A stretch of 43,692 nt of DNA from Octopus sinensis (taxonomy: Eukaryota): positions 1 through 43,692 of the forward strand of contig NW_021835067.1 in the NCBI RefSeq assembly GCF_006345805.1, in the 5' to 3' direction. The notes under the pieces are model-generated. The model saw only the letters and a list, made by a program, of their open reading frames with translations, searched no databases and had not been told where the DNA came from. Each line of letters begins with the position of its first letter. The stretch's first letter is position 1. Below are positions 25,673-37,782 of the stretch, piece after piece. Both the position numbers and the translations under genes were made by a program.

Positions 25673-26225
25673 TGTGTTGTTTATGTATGCATGTATACAG
25701 TGTATTTTGTTGTTGTTTCGCCCTAGATTTAGCCAAACCTGTTTTAATTTGTGTATGCCACACCTACTATAACTAAAACTAAAATTAACCTATTATGTTT
25801 CGTTTATTTCGACAGTAGACTATGCAATCAGGGTTACAGCGTGCAGGTAATTCTAGCAAATCATATTAACAGATTTTAAATAAATTGCATTAAAAATGTG
25901 GCCTCTCATCATGACTGCGAATTCTCTGGCAGTAAACCTGAGATCATATAATCAACGTTTTCCTCATAATTACTACACAGTGCACAGTTTTCCCATATTG
26001 TTCTTGTAGTTACTGTTGTGTAGCACAGATTGATAAGTGCTGCCATCAGAAAGCCTTTATTTTCAGCTTATAAACCTTAATCTTCTGTACAGATGATGGG
26101 ATTCTCTCTGTTATTTACTGATTGGCACTTCTGAGTTTCATATACGATTCACAATTCAAAATGCTTTCTCCGCCATCAGCTTATCTTAATCTTTTCGTGA
26201 ACGTATTATTATTATTATTATTATT

Positions 26226-26906
<681 letters not shown>

Positions 26907-28309
26907 GTTGTTGTCTTCAAATGATTCGCTTTTATTTTCTCCCCCACCCTCATTTCTCCGCATCAGCTTCTTCCTGTTATTTGTCAGCTTCATTGAAGAC
27001 ATTGAAAACATTTTTTAATATTTATTGTATTTTGTGACTCTGTATTAATCTACAACTATATTCAACAGTTATTTACATAAAACTACAGTAATTTTCTTCT
27101 ACCACCTACGCGTGGTACACACTACTATTTAGTGCCTACCTTTATGCAGTTTATTTTAAAATCTCATTGTCTTTCTTCGTGTACAAGCTACCATTTTCCC
27201 CCGTGTATTATATAAAAATATCTATACCTGCTTATATCTTGGGCTAATGTGTTTATTCTTCAAACGAAAATTTTACAACCAAGTATCATTTTTTTTAGTA
27301 ACCTAATATATCAATCATATTTCGATATTATTTTGTTATAGACTTGGACACATATTCATGCCTACTTTTAATTTTGCCAGGTTTCTAAGTCGTTCTATTA
27401 GCTGATTGTAATATATAGCATTCCAAATATTTCCTTAGAGTAACATATTATCTCTACCATAGAATGTGCGATGTGATGTGTGCAGCTGTTTTATAAAGTG
27501 TACATAATGTTGTTGTCGTTTTTGTATACATTGCTATTGTCATCGTTGTTGTTATTGTTGTTGTTGTTGTTAGTGGTGGTTGTTGTGGTGGTGGTGATTT
27601 TGTGCTTATTCTCTAATTCAAGGTCAAACCTCATCGAGCAAATTTGTGCTCAAAAGTATTCTAACCGTGATCATCCCGTTTTTTTTTTATTCCTTTGCGC
27701 AGAAAACAAAAACTCAGTTCTAACCACATTCTCCAACAATATTTATGATTTCACAGATATTTGACTGCTATTTCTAACCGACCAGGTAACAGTGTAAATC
27801 AATGATTTTCTGATAGATCTCAGTAACAGATTCTAGATACACCACATATTTTTTAAAACAAGATTTAACACTGTATAAAATACACACTAACTTTCAACAG
27901 CTTAATCATTATGTTATAATTTTGCTATAACTACGTATGATAAATAAACCGAAACAAGCAATAATTTTCTTATATTTTCCCTCTAGATTTGTAACTTCAA
28001 AAAGGTTATTTTTTAAAAATTTCCAGACGATGTGTGCTAGTAAACATTTATTTGATCTCCAGTGCAGCACGAAATCAAAATGATTAAAAATAAATAATGC
28101 AGACGCTTCCTCGTCGCTCGCCATTCACTGCTTGCTTGTACTGTGAGTCTTCACCGTGACCCAGACGCATCACCGTCAACGATCAAGTTCTGATAGCACT
28201 ATGTAGGTATGGCACCGCGCAACGTAATTCTTCTTTAAGTAGCAGGATAAGAAGGTCTTCTTCGCTAGTGAATGAGTTATACAATGAAATACGATGTTTG
28301 TTGCTGTTC

Positions 28310-28827
28310 ATTATTTTATCTTAGTGAAAAGGTGGTGGGCTGACAGAATCGTCAGCCCACCGGGTGAAATGTTTACCGGTATTTCGCCCGTCGCTACATT
28401 CTGAGTTCAAATTCCGTGGAGGTCGACTCAGCCTTTCATCCTTTCGGAGACGGTAAATTAAGTACCAGTCGAGTGCTGGGGTCGATGTGATCGAGTGCAC
28501 CCCGCCCCACAAACCACCACCACTACAAAAATCTAGACCTTTCACCTATAATAGAAAGGATTATTTTATCTTAGTGAAAAGGTGGTGGGCTGACAGAATC
28601 GTCAGCCCACCGGGTGAAATGTTTACCGGTATTTCGCCCGTCGCTACATTCTGAGTTCAAATTCCGTGGAGGTCGACTCAGCCTTTCATCCTTTCGGAGA
28701 CGGTAAATTAAGTACCAGTCGAGTGCTGGGGTCGATGTGATCGAGTGCACCCCGCCCCACAAACCACCACCACTACAAAAATCTAGACCTTTCACCTATA
28801 ATAGAAAGGATTATTTTATCTTAGTGA
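28310..28827 (+). repeat. exact 250-bp tandem duplication of a variant SINE M unit
   Basis: 28321-28570 appears identical to 28571-28820, and the two 74-aa ORFs in the track are identical. A diverged third M unit follows to ~29030. Confidence 0.9.
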
Positions 28828-29477
28828 GAAATGTGGCGAGCAGGCAGAATCGTTACCATTCTGGACAAACTGCGTGACGGGGATTTGTCTGGTTTTACGC
28901 TTTGAGTTCAATTCCACCGGCGTCAACCTTACTTTCATCCTTTCGGGGTCGATGAAATGAGCACTAGGGGGAATCTAATCGACGAGACCACTCTTTCACA
29001 GTTTCAAACCTTGTACTTATTAGAAAAGATTTAATACTAGTGAGAGTCTGAGCCAATCACTGAGCACCTTTGTTTTAACACCGGGGTTTAGACACGACTG
29101 AGTGGACACTAGAGTCTGTTATGGCAACATTTGGACATTTTGGTGCTGGTGGCACACACACGCGTACGCGCATTCATACATACAGAGACGCAGGTACGCA
29201 TGTACGTAGGCGCAGAAATATACAAATGCAGATAAAAAGGGAGACATTATAATTGATTAATTAAACAAAAATTATATAAACACTTTCTCTCTCCTCATGC
29301 ACTGAGAATGGGAGAGAGAGCGTGGGAGAAGGAGGGATGGCGGGGGAAGGGAGAGAGGAAGAAAGGAGGAAGATAGAGGGAGGGAGAGAGGGGGAGTGAG
29401 GAGTAAGATAGAGGGAGGGAGAAAACGAGAGAAAGATGAAAACATCTGATGTTTATTAAGCCAGCATCGAATCGGCG

Positions 29478-29695
29478 GCGCTATATAAGCGGCAGCAAAA
29501 CACCATATAAGCGGTGGAAAATGGCGACGCCGTATAAGCGGCGGCAAAACAGTGACGTCATATAGGCGGCCACAGAACGGTGACGCCATATAAGCGGCGT
29601 CAGAACGGAGACGCCATATAAGCGGCAGCAAAACGATGACGCCATATAAGCGTGGGAAAACGGCGACGCCATACAAGCGGCATCAAAACGGCTAT
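29478..29695. repeat. GC-rich minisatellite, ~8 copies of a ~28-bp unit (CCATATAAGCGGCGGCAAAACGGTGACG)
   Basis: Read directly. Confidence 0.9.
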
Positions 29696-30339
29696 GACAA
29701 AACGTCTAACAAGCATGTGATGAAATACAGCAATATTTAGTTGAAATAAATTCTCCCTCAAACGCTTCTTCATCTCAGAGGAATCTATTCTTCAAATTTA
29801 TATTAATAAACATTCGTATCGTTTTACATTGCAACAAGACAAACAGCACACATGACGGTCCCACTATCTGCAGAAATAAAACCGTTAAGGAGAAATAAAC
29901 CAGAAAGCAACATTTCTGTCAGAAGAACCGCACGAATTATCAGAAAGGAAACTTGCTTTCAGTGCTTCCAATAGACTAAAGATAATTGCGCATTGCACAA
30001 AAAGAGATTTTCGGTCTATCACACAAAAGCGCTTCAAGTTGGCAATTTCAGGAATTTAAATGCATCTGACATTTCTCCGATTATTATATTATTCGTTTAA
30101 AATATCATCTGTTCGTGTATACGCAAGGGTGTGTATGTGTGCGCATGTATGTGTGTATATATGTGCATGTTTGCACACACAAGTATCTACAACATATGGC
30201 TATACATGCGGTAGGTTATATTTTGCTAAGTAAACAAACGCACTATAAATTTGGTCTACACTTCAGCTTTTATTATTATTATTATTATTGTTGTTGTTGT
30301 TGTTGTTGTTGTCGTCGTCGTTGTTGTTATTATTATTAC

Positions 30340-30411
<72 letters not shown>

Positions 30412-30418
30412 CATCATT

Positions 30419-30931
30419 GAGTGAGAGAGCAGTACATGCCATCAAAGTGACACTGGGGTACAAATATACGAAACCCAGTATACCCATCATGACTACCTGT
30501 CTGATAAGGATACACTAAGTACATGCATTACAACCATATCTGCGAGACATGGTGATCTCATATCAAGATAAACAGCACATGACCTTGCAGAATTTTTTTT
30601 CTGGTTGAGTAGCCAATCCCGCTCAAAAGGTCCCTGAATAAGGGTTGTTTCCAGTGGTGAATTATTCAAACCACAAAGAATCCCTCTCAACACATGGCTA
30701 TGATGCTCCCCCACTACTTCTGCTCGTGATCAGAGATGCACATATTGTCAGCCACTAAAGGACATGCTCAACTGGTTAAGGTCAAGCAACTGACAAGCAA
30801 ATCTGTGGTATTGAGCAGAATATTTGCTGTAGCCCATCTTTTATACCGAGACAAAACAATGTACATGATAACACTTTCAATCTGTTAAGATCAGAAGCCA
30901 TGAGAGCCACTGCTTGGTACTACATCAGGGC

Positions 30932-30933
<2 letters not shown>
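30419..30933. mobile_element. (TTA)n-flanked element, copy 2 (515 bp, two internal deletions)
   Basis: Colinear with 26226-26781, same ends, same orientation. Confidence 0.85.
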
Positions 30934-30967
<34 letters not shown>

Positions 30968-30981
30968 CATTATTATTATTA

Positions 30982-31014
<33 letters not shown>

Positions 31015-31086
31015 GGTTACTGCCTGTAATCGAAATCGGAATCTTGGGGTTAGTAATCCGCGCTCTTATCCACTACAGCATATGCC
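31015..31086 (-). other. degenerate tRNA-like segment (pseudo-tRNA or SINE head) running into (TAA)n
   Basis: Minus strand GGCATATGCTGTAGTGGATAAGAGCGCGG...GATTTCGATTAC has A- and B-box-like motifs at tRNA spacing. Confidence 0.45.
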
Positions 31087-31105
31087 TACGGGCGTAATAG
31101 CATCG

Positions 31106-31281
31106 AAAAATACCTTAGGAATGAGGACCTAGGTTCGAAATTTTTCCAAGACACCTGATGAAGGCTGGAGGGTATATGAGCCGAAACGTTATATTAACAA
31201 CAAAAAAGATGAGAACAAATATCCGTCAAATGTAAATAATGTAAATAATGTACATTAATTCCTCATTTCTTAAATATAGAA
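31106..31281 (+). mobile_element. HHR-bearing Penelope-like terminal repeat, family B, copy 1 (HHR at 31150-31195, stem I mutated)
   Basis: GACAC-CTGATGA-A-GGCT...AGCC-GAA-ACGT-T-ATATT; colinear with 37114-37270. Confidence 0.75.
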
Positions 31282-31439
31282 ATGTATTATTTAATTGTGT
31301 TTATCTGTATTATTATTTTCATATCATCTCACCTGGATTTCTCTTATAGCCACTCTTTATTCCATGGACCTAAATTTAGGAATTCAAGTTCGAATCATGT
31401 GAACGTATTTTCTGTATTAAACATCTCAAGCATTTCACT

Positions 31440-31717
31440 CTTGATTGTGTGTGTGTACATGTATGTGTGCATGTGTGTGTGTATGTGTGTGTGTATGTGT
31501 ATGTGTGTGTGTTTATGTGTTGGTGCATGAGTATGTATGAGTCTGTGTCTGTGCGTGTGTGCGTGTGTGTGTGTGCATGTGTGTGAGTGTGCGTGCTTGC
31601 ATGTGTATATGTGTGTGTGTGTGTGTGCGTTCCTCCGTGCGTGCATGTGTGTGTGTATGTGTATGTGTGTGTGTGTGTGCGTGTGTGTGTGTGCATGTGT
31701 GTGTGTATGTGTGTGTG

Positions 31718-31760
<43 letters not shown>

Positions 31761-32143
31761 GTGTGAGTGTGCGTGCTTGCATGTGTATATGTGTGTGTGT
31801 GTGCGTGTGTGTGTGCGTGTGTGTGTGTGTGCGTGTGTATGTGTGTGTATGTGTGTGTGTGTGTGCGTTCCTCCGTGCGTGCATGTGTATGTATTTGTGC
31901 GTGCGTGCATGTGTGCGTTTGTGTGTGTGCGTGCCTCCGTGTGTGCATGTGTATGCATTTGTTGGTACGTGCATGTGTGTGTTTGTGTTTGCGTATGTTC
32001 GAGTGTGCGTGCGTGCGTATGCGTGCGTGCGTGCGTGCATGTGTGTGTGTGTGTGCGTTCCTCCGTGCGTGCATGTGTATGTATTTGTGCGTGCGTGCAT
32101 ATATGTGTTTGTGTGTGCGTGTGTGTGAGTGTGCGTGCTTGCA

Positions 32144-32175
<32 letters not shown>

Positions 32176-32210
32176 CGTGTGTGTGTGCGTGTGTATGTGT
32201 GTGTATGTGT

Positions 32211-32264
<54 letters not shown>

Positions 32265-32270
32265 GTGTTT
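31440..32270. repeat. compound (GT)n/(GCGT)n array with recurring GCGTTCCTCCGTGCGTGCATG interruptions
   Basis: Read directly; explains the His/Thr and Cys/Val ORFs. Confidence 0.9.
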
Positions 32271-32884
32271 AAAAACGAGAAACAAAACGAAGGTGTATAT
32301 TTATCAAAAGCTTGAATTATTACTTTATCCGAACGGCAAGCTTCACGTCTCCAATTCTCACAATATGAACATCGGAAACATGGAAATTCTAGTTAAGATG
32401 AATGGATAATTTCAGCTTTGAATATAAATGCGTGTGCTCCGTGTGTGCATTTACATATCTATATCATTCTATGAGTTATTAAACGTAGATGTGTACATGG
32501 TCCTTTATACATATGCATGTATGTGTATGTGTCTCTATATTGCTGTAAATCTGTATGTTTTGTTCTAACATTTTGTCCCAATGCTCATATATTTTATTTT
32601 AATATTTTTAAAAAATATCCTCTATAATTGATGATCGATGTCGTTATTCTAGCGCAGAAATTAGCATAGTTGCCCATGTTAACATTTTTCTTTGCATATT
32701 TCCATGTGTCAAGGAAGAATGTTTACCTGGATGCAGTTAATTCATATTTAATGTATTCTATTACTAACATGCTGCATAGGAAATATATTATTTTTTTTGC
32801 TATTTCAATGTGTGCTGCTAAAATCTTTTATGGAATTTTGCATGGAATTTCATGTAAATTACGCACACACACCTACACACATCT

Positions 32885-32916
<32 letters not shown>

Positions 32917-32917
32917 T

Positions 32918-32956
<39 letters not shown>

Positions 32957-32964
32957 GAGAGAGA

Positions 32965-33002
<38 letters not shown>

Positions 33003-33927
33003 CATAGATATAGAGATAACAATATATCGATATATTGATAGGCATGTTTTTCTGTCTCTTTCTCTTATACAAACCATAAAGTCATGAGTTGTGAGGGTGT
33101 GAATATAGATTTACTTATCCACGTGACCTCTATAGGATTACGACCGTTTTGGAAAGGTCTTCATATAGTATTAATTGCAGTATGCAACAAATTTTTAGTA
33201 ACATTACGTTACATTGTAAATGATTGTTGTGTGGACTGATAGCCGAGTCTGTAGAAAAAGCTTACAGTGAGATCCACGCGATAACCTGAATCTATATCTC
33301 ATACTAATGTTGCGTGTGTGTGTGTGTGTGTGTGTTGTGTGTGTTTCATATATATATGTATGGCATGTTAGTGTTTGAGGGATGGTACCCCTCTGCCAAG
33401 GCATGTCCAATTCAAAGCGGTAGAGTAGGCTCATCATGTCAGTATCCTCACAAGCTCAAATTCACGGCCACCATATCAAGCCGTGGTTGCTGCAGAGATC
33501 ATGCTGAGACCTTCGTCCTGCAGTGAACCGGACATAAGCAATGCAATTTAAAATGGACGTATGGCTTTCTGCAAGTAGAATACTATTTTAAAATATCTAC
33601 ACAAGCACTTCAACAACAGTAAGTAAGTTATGAAAGGAAGGGTAGCCAAAATATCAAGACAATGTCCCAGATAGCTTTTTTCTACAGCTCAATATGGGAC
33701 TGTAGAACACAAAATTGTTTCTCAACTACGAGAAAGGCTCGTATGTATCAGAGAACATCAAAACAGACCATTGAATATTCCAGGGCTATTCACCCTTCCC
33801 TCTCCTCTTCTGTCTTTCCATCATTCCCTTGTCCCACGAGCTGAATAGAACAATTTATGGTTACAAAATATTGGGTTGTCCGGGAAAAAGAATCGTATCC
33901 AGCAAAATAAGCTGAGAGTTTTTATCA

Positions 33928-33989
<62 letters not shown>

Positions 33990-34014
33990 TAATGATAATA
34001 AAATTTTTTTGTTT

Positions 34015-34200
34015 CCTAATTTAGACTCAAGGCCAGCAATATTGCGGAGAGTGGGTTAACCGTTGCCACCGCTCTCAGTACTTGCCTGGTATATCGAATA
34101 CGAAAAGATTAAGGACACAGTTGACCTCGGTGTTATTCGAATTTAAAATGTAAAGAAGTGGAGCCAAAACAGAAACACCCCCCCCAACGTATTTTGCCGG
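34015..34200 (-). mobile_element. degenerate SINE M
   Basis: AAGGCCAGCAAT...GTTGACCTCGG resembles the reverse-complement tail and core. Confidence 0.5.
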
Positions 34201-34802
34201 ACACTTTCATGATTCTAGAAATCCAGAGATGACAATAGAACCAACCTTAAATTATGGGACCAGATTTTCTTGTAAAATTCTAAATTTCTCTAACATCATT
34301 ACTAACACTAGAAAGAAAAATTTCCAAGGGCCAACGACTAGATTCAAGTTCGTTAGAGCGTGAATAATACTTTAATACTCATTAAAAATCAACAACAGCA
34401 AGAGTTTCAAGAGAAGCTCTCTCCAATTCGCTAAATTCCCCTAAACCAATACGTTATCATTGTATTTCCTCCATTGTAGGCTTAATGAAGTTATTTCCCG
34501 TAATTGATAAACACATTGCGGGAGAGATTTTTCCCTTTTCTCTCGCTTAATTGCGCATTTGTTTTTATGGAACATTGGGCGAAATTACGATTCTATTCAA
34601 AATTCTTCCTATGCCTGGATTCCTAAGATAAAGTAAGCAAAATAGCTGCAGTATCATTAATTAAACAAGCCTACTAATAATTTTCCAGAAATTTCTTCAT
34701 TAGCCACGTAGTCCAAATTTCCATCCAACCTCTTCCAGCCAACGCATTTTCTTTTAAGCTATATCTTCTTTTGTAATAATAATATAAATATTATATATAT
34801 AC

Positions 34803-34839
<37 letters not shown>

Positions 34840-34840
34840 G

Positions 34841-34903
<63 letters not shown>

Positions 34904-35539
34904 CATCTATATATACATATATATATATACATATATATATACATATCTATGTATACATATATATATGAGTGTGTGTATAAGTATGTGTGCCTATATTTGT
35001 ATATGGATATATATGTATATATATAAATGTAGGTACGTGTGTGTGAATGTGTGTGTGTGTGTGTGTGTGTTGGCTAAATCACAATATGTTGGTCTATGTT
35101 GCAAAATTTTTATTATTTTTGTAATTTGGTTATTGCGTGTATTTTACAATTTTGGTGGGTTTTTTTTAATGTTATATATTTATTGTGATATCGAACCAGG
35201 ATATCAGTATATTGTTATTTCATGCGTAAATCTAGTTACGTTTACTCCATGATTCTGAAATAAAATCCCATTGCGAATGGAAGGTTATTTTCTAACCAAC
35301 AACTACTGATACCTTTAAACTGGCAATTTACCGATAACCTATGGTGGATTTGGCAAATAGTAAATGCAAAATTAATTTAATGATTAAATTCTTAAAACTT
35401 AAAAATATTTCTGCCTTTTTCACGTTTTAATGGTTTCTGTCACTGGGCTGCTTGTATGTTGAGGCTCTGCTATGATAGGTTTTAAGTCCAATAACTCGAT
35501 CTCAGTATATAGTTATTTTATTAAAGTCTGGCATATATT

Positions 35540-35810
35540 CTATCGGTTTCTATTACACAGCTGCTAGGTTACAGGGTGGGGGTAAAGAAAACCAACAATA
35601 GTTGTCAAGCGGTAATGGAAACAGCCAAACACAGACATAAAGACATATACTCACTCACGCACATATACACACGTACACGCACGAATACAAGCCGGTTCAG
35701 TTCCACTGCGTGGCACTTTGGACAGGTGTCTTCTACTATAGCCTCGGACCGACCAAATCTTTGTGAGTGGATTTGGTAGACGGACACTGAAAGAAGCCCA
35801 TTGTAAATAT
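35540..35810. mobile_element. CORE-type SINE (family C) pieces in opposite orientations
   Basis: A tail-like segment on the minus strand (35540-35650) and a head/CORE segment on the plus strand (35692-35810, GGTTCAGTTCCACTGCGTGGCACTTTGGACAGGTGTCTT). Confidence 0.65.
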
Positions 35811-35866
35811 GTATATATATATATATATTAATCAAAATAAAATAAAAACATGATGCGAAGGATTCA

Positions 35867-35944
35867 GCGGTACATATGTTTCGGGCCTTTATTAGACAGA
35901 TTTATAACAGTGCATAATGTATGTCTGTGGCCTTCTTCAGCCGC
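35867..35944 (-). ncRNA. type I hammerhead ribozyme, family D (CUGAAGA core, long stem II, GUA site)
   Basis: Minus strand: GCGG-CUGAAGA-AGGCC...GGCCC-GAA-ACAUAUGU-A-CCGC. The first stem II pair is an A-C mismatch. Confidence 0.75.
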
Positions 35945-35982
35945 GCACAACAGCTTCCACAAGGACATGTGTTACATCAAAA

Positions 35983-36016
<34 letters not shown>

Positions 36017-36058
36017 ATGCACATATATACATACACACACACATATATATATACGCAC

Positions 36059-36089
<31 letters not shown>

Positions 36090-36201
36090 GGTCCCGGTTG
36101 AGTCGGGGTTAACCACAGTAAATAAGGTACTCAATACATAACAGAGTAAAGTAATTTATTTTATAGAAGGAGCTTCTACAGGACTAGAACTGTTTCATTC
36201 A

Positions 36202-36237
<36 letters not shown>

Positions 36238-36409
36238 ATATATATATATATAATGGTTGTATACTGTCAACTTAACGTGACGGTAGGGGATTACACCACC
36301 GCTGTTCAGCCCTAGGAGGCATCGACGCTTCCTGTTGCCTTCGACACACTTACTGTGCCCTTATATATTTACGAAGGTGAGACAAATACCCCTAACAGTT
36401 AGGCCTGTA

Positions 36410-36456
36410 TCTAGAGACACGCATATTTCAGGGTCCTTGCCCTTCATCGGTCTAGG
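36410..36456 (-). ncRNA. type I hammerhead, family C (CCGAUGA variant core), copy 1
   Basis: Minus strand: CUAGA-CCGAUGA-AGGG(CAAGGA)CCCU-GAA-AUAUGCGUGU-C-UCUAG. Confidence 0.65.
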
Positions 36457-36715
36457 GTAGCATTAGTCTGCTACCTGCGAATATTTGTCACGATTTCGTA
36501 AATATATATATCTAATTTTCAGTGAAGTTTATTCGCTGATTACCAAAATCAGAAATATTAAATTTCTAAATATCTCATAGAGATATGTACGGTGGTGAGG
36601 CGATATAATGGTTGTATACTGTCAACTTAACGTGACAGTAGGGGATTACATCATCGCTGTTTAGCCCTGTTTACGAAATCGAGACAAATATTCACAGCTA
36701 GCAGGCTAATGCTAC

Positions 36716-36762
36716 TCTAGACCGATGAAGGGCAAGGACCCTGAAACATGCGTGTCTCTAGA
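36716..36762 (+). ncRNA. type I hammerhead, family C (CCGAUGA variant core), copy 2
   Basis: UCUAGA-CCGAUGA-AGGG(CAAGGA)CCCU-GAA-ACAUGCGUGU-C-UCUAGA; predicted cleavage after C36756. Confidence 0.75.
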
Positions 36763-36963
36763 TGCAGGCCTAGCTGTTGGGGGTATTTGTCTCCCATTCG
36801 TAAATATATAAGGACACAGTAAGTGTGTCGAAGCCAACAGGAAGCGTCGATGCTTCCTAGGGCTGAACAGCGGTGGTGTAATCCCCTACTGTCACGTTAA
36901 GTTGACAGTATACAACCATTATATCGCCCCACCACCGTACATATCTCTATGAGATATTTAGAA

Positions 36964-37047
<84 letters not shown>

Positions 37048-37113
37048 GTGTCTTTGTTTGTCCCCCCCCCCAGCATTGTTGCTTGAAATAATGATAATAA
37101 TAATAATAATAAT

Positions 37114-37270
37114 AACATGGAGAAAATACCTTAGGAATGAGAACCCAGGTTCGAAATTTCCCCCAAAGACACCTGATGAAAGCTGGAGGGTATATCAGCC
37201 GAAACGTTGTGTTAACAACAAACAAGATGAGGACAAATATCTGTCAAATGTAAGTAATGTAAATAATGTG
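37114..37270 (+). mobile_element. HHR-bearing Penelope-like terminal repeat, family B, copy 2 (HHR at 37168-37213)
   Basis: GACAC-CUGAUGA-A-AGCUG...CAGCC-GAA-ACGU-U-GUGUU, a minimal loopless palindromic stem III. Preceded by (TAA)n. Confidence 0.8.
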
Positions 37271-37782
37271 AGTAAAATTAATAAAGTAGAATAAAAATAA
37301 AAATAATGTATATATCTATATGCATGAGGGTGCGTGTGTGTGTCTATGTATGTGCCCGTTTTATGTGTGTGTTTGTGTGTGTTTGTGTGTGTATGCATGC
37401 GTCGCGCGTGCGTGTATGTTTGTTTGTTTGGTTGAAATGTCCTGCATTAGCGTAGATATCGTCTTTCACATCTCGAAAGTTCAAACCAACATGTTATGAG
37501 AAGTAATCATCCTGCTATTTGTACGTCACGATTATCATCCGGTGCATATATTCCTCAGATCGTGTGACATTTATAGACAGAAGCGATCTTTTATTTTGTT
37601 AATTTTAACACGGTCAGAGAACGACAACCGTTGCTGATAATTTGCATGTATTAAAGAGTAGTAGCCTCCGTCTCCGTCTCGGCACAACACAACTCTAACG
37701 ACGTTGCACTTACGTCTTCGTTTATTTCTTCTTTTACGTGTCTGAGCTGGGTCAGCTAGTGTGTATAACATTCACAATTTTG

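Larger units (their letters stand above)
36249..36967. mobile_element. retrozyme-like element C: 355-bp head-to-tail repeat (1.2 copies) joined to an inverted ~298-bp copy
   Basis: TATAATGGTTGTATACTGTC at 36249 and 36604; 36670-36967 is the reverse complement of the monomer. (TA)n on both outer flanks. Confidence 0.8.

Noticed and set aside
33875-33900. TATTGGGTTGTCCGG mariner-like end
   Set aside because: No partner TIR found.
36088-36200. Half hammerhead (GAAAC...GTC) on the minus strand
   Set aside because: The CUGANGA half is absent, cut off by (TA)n.
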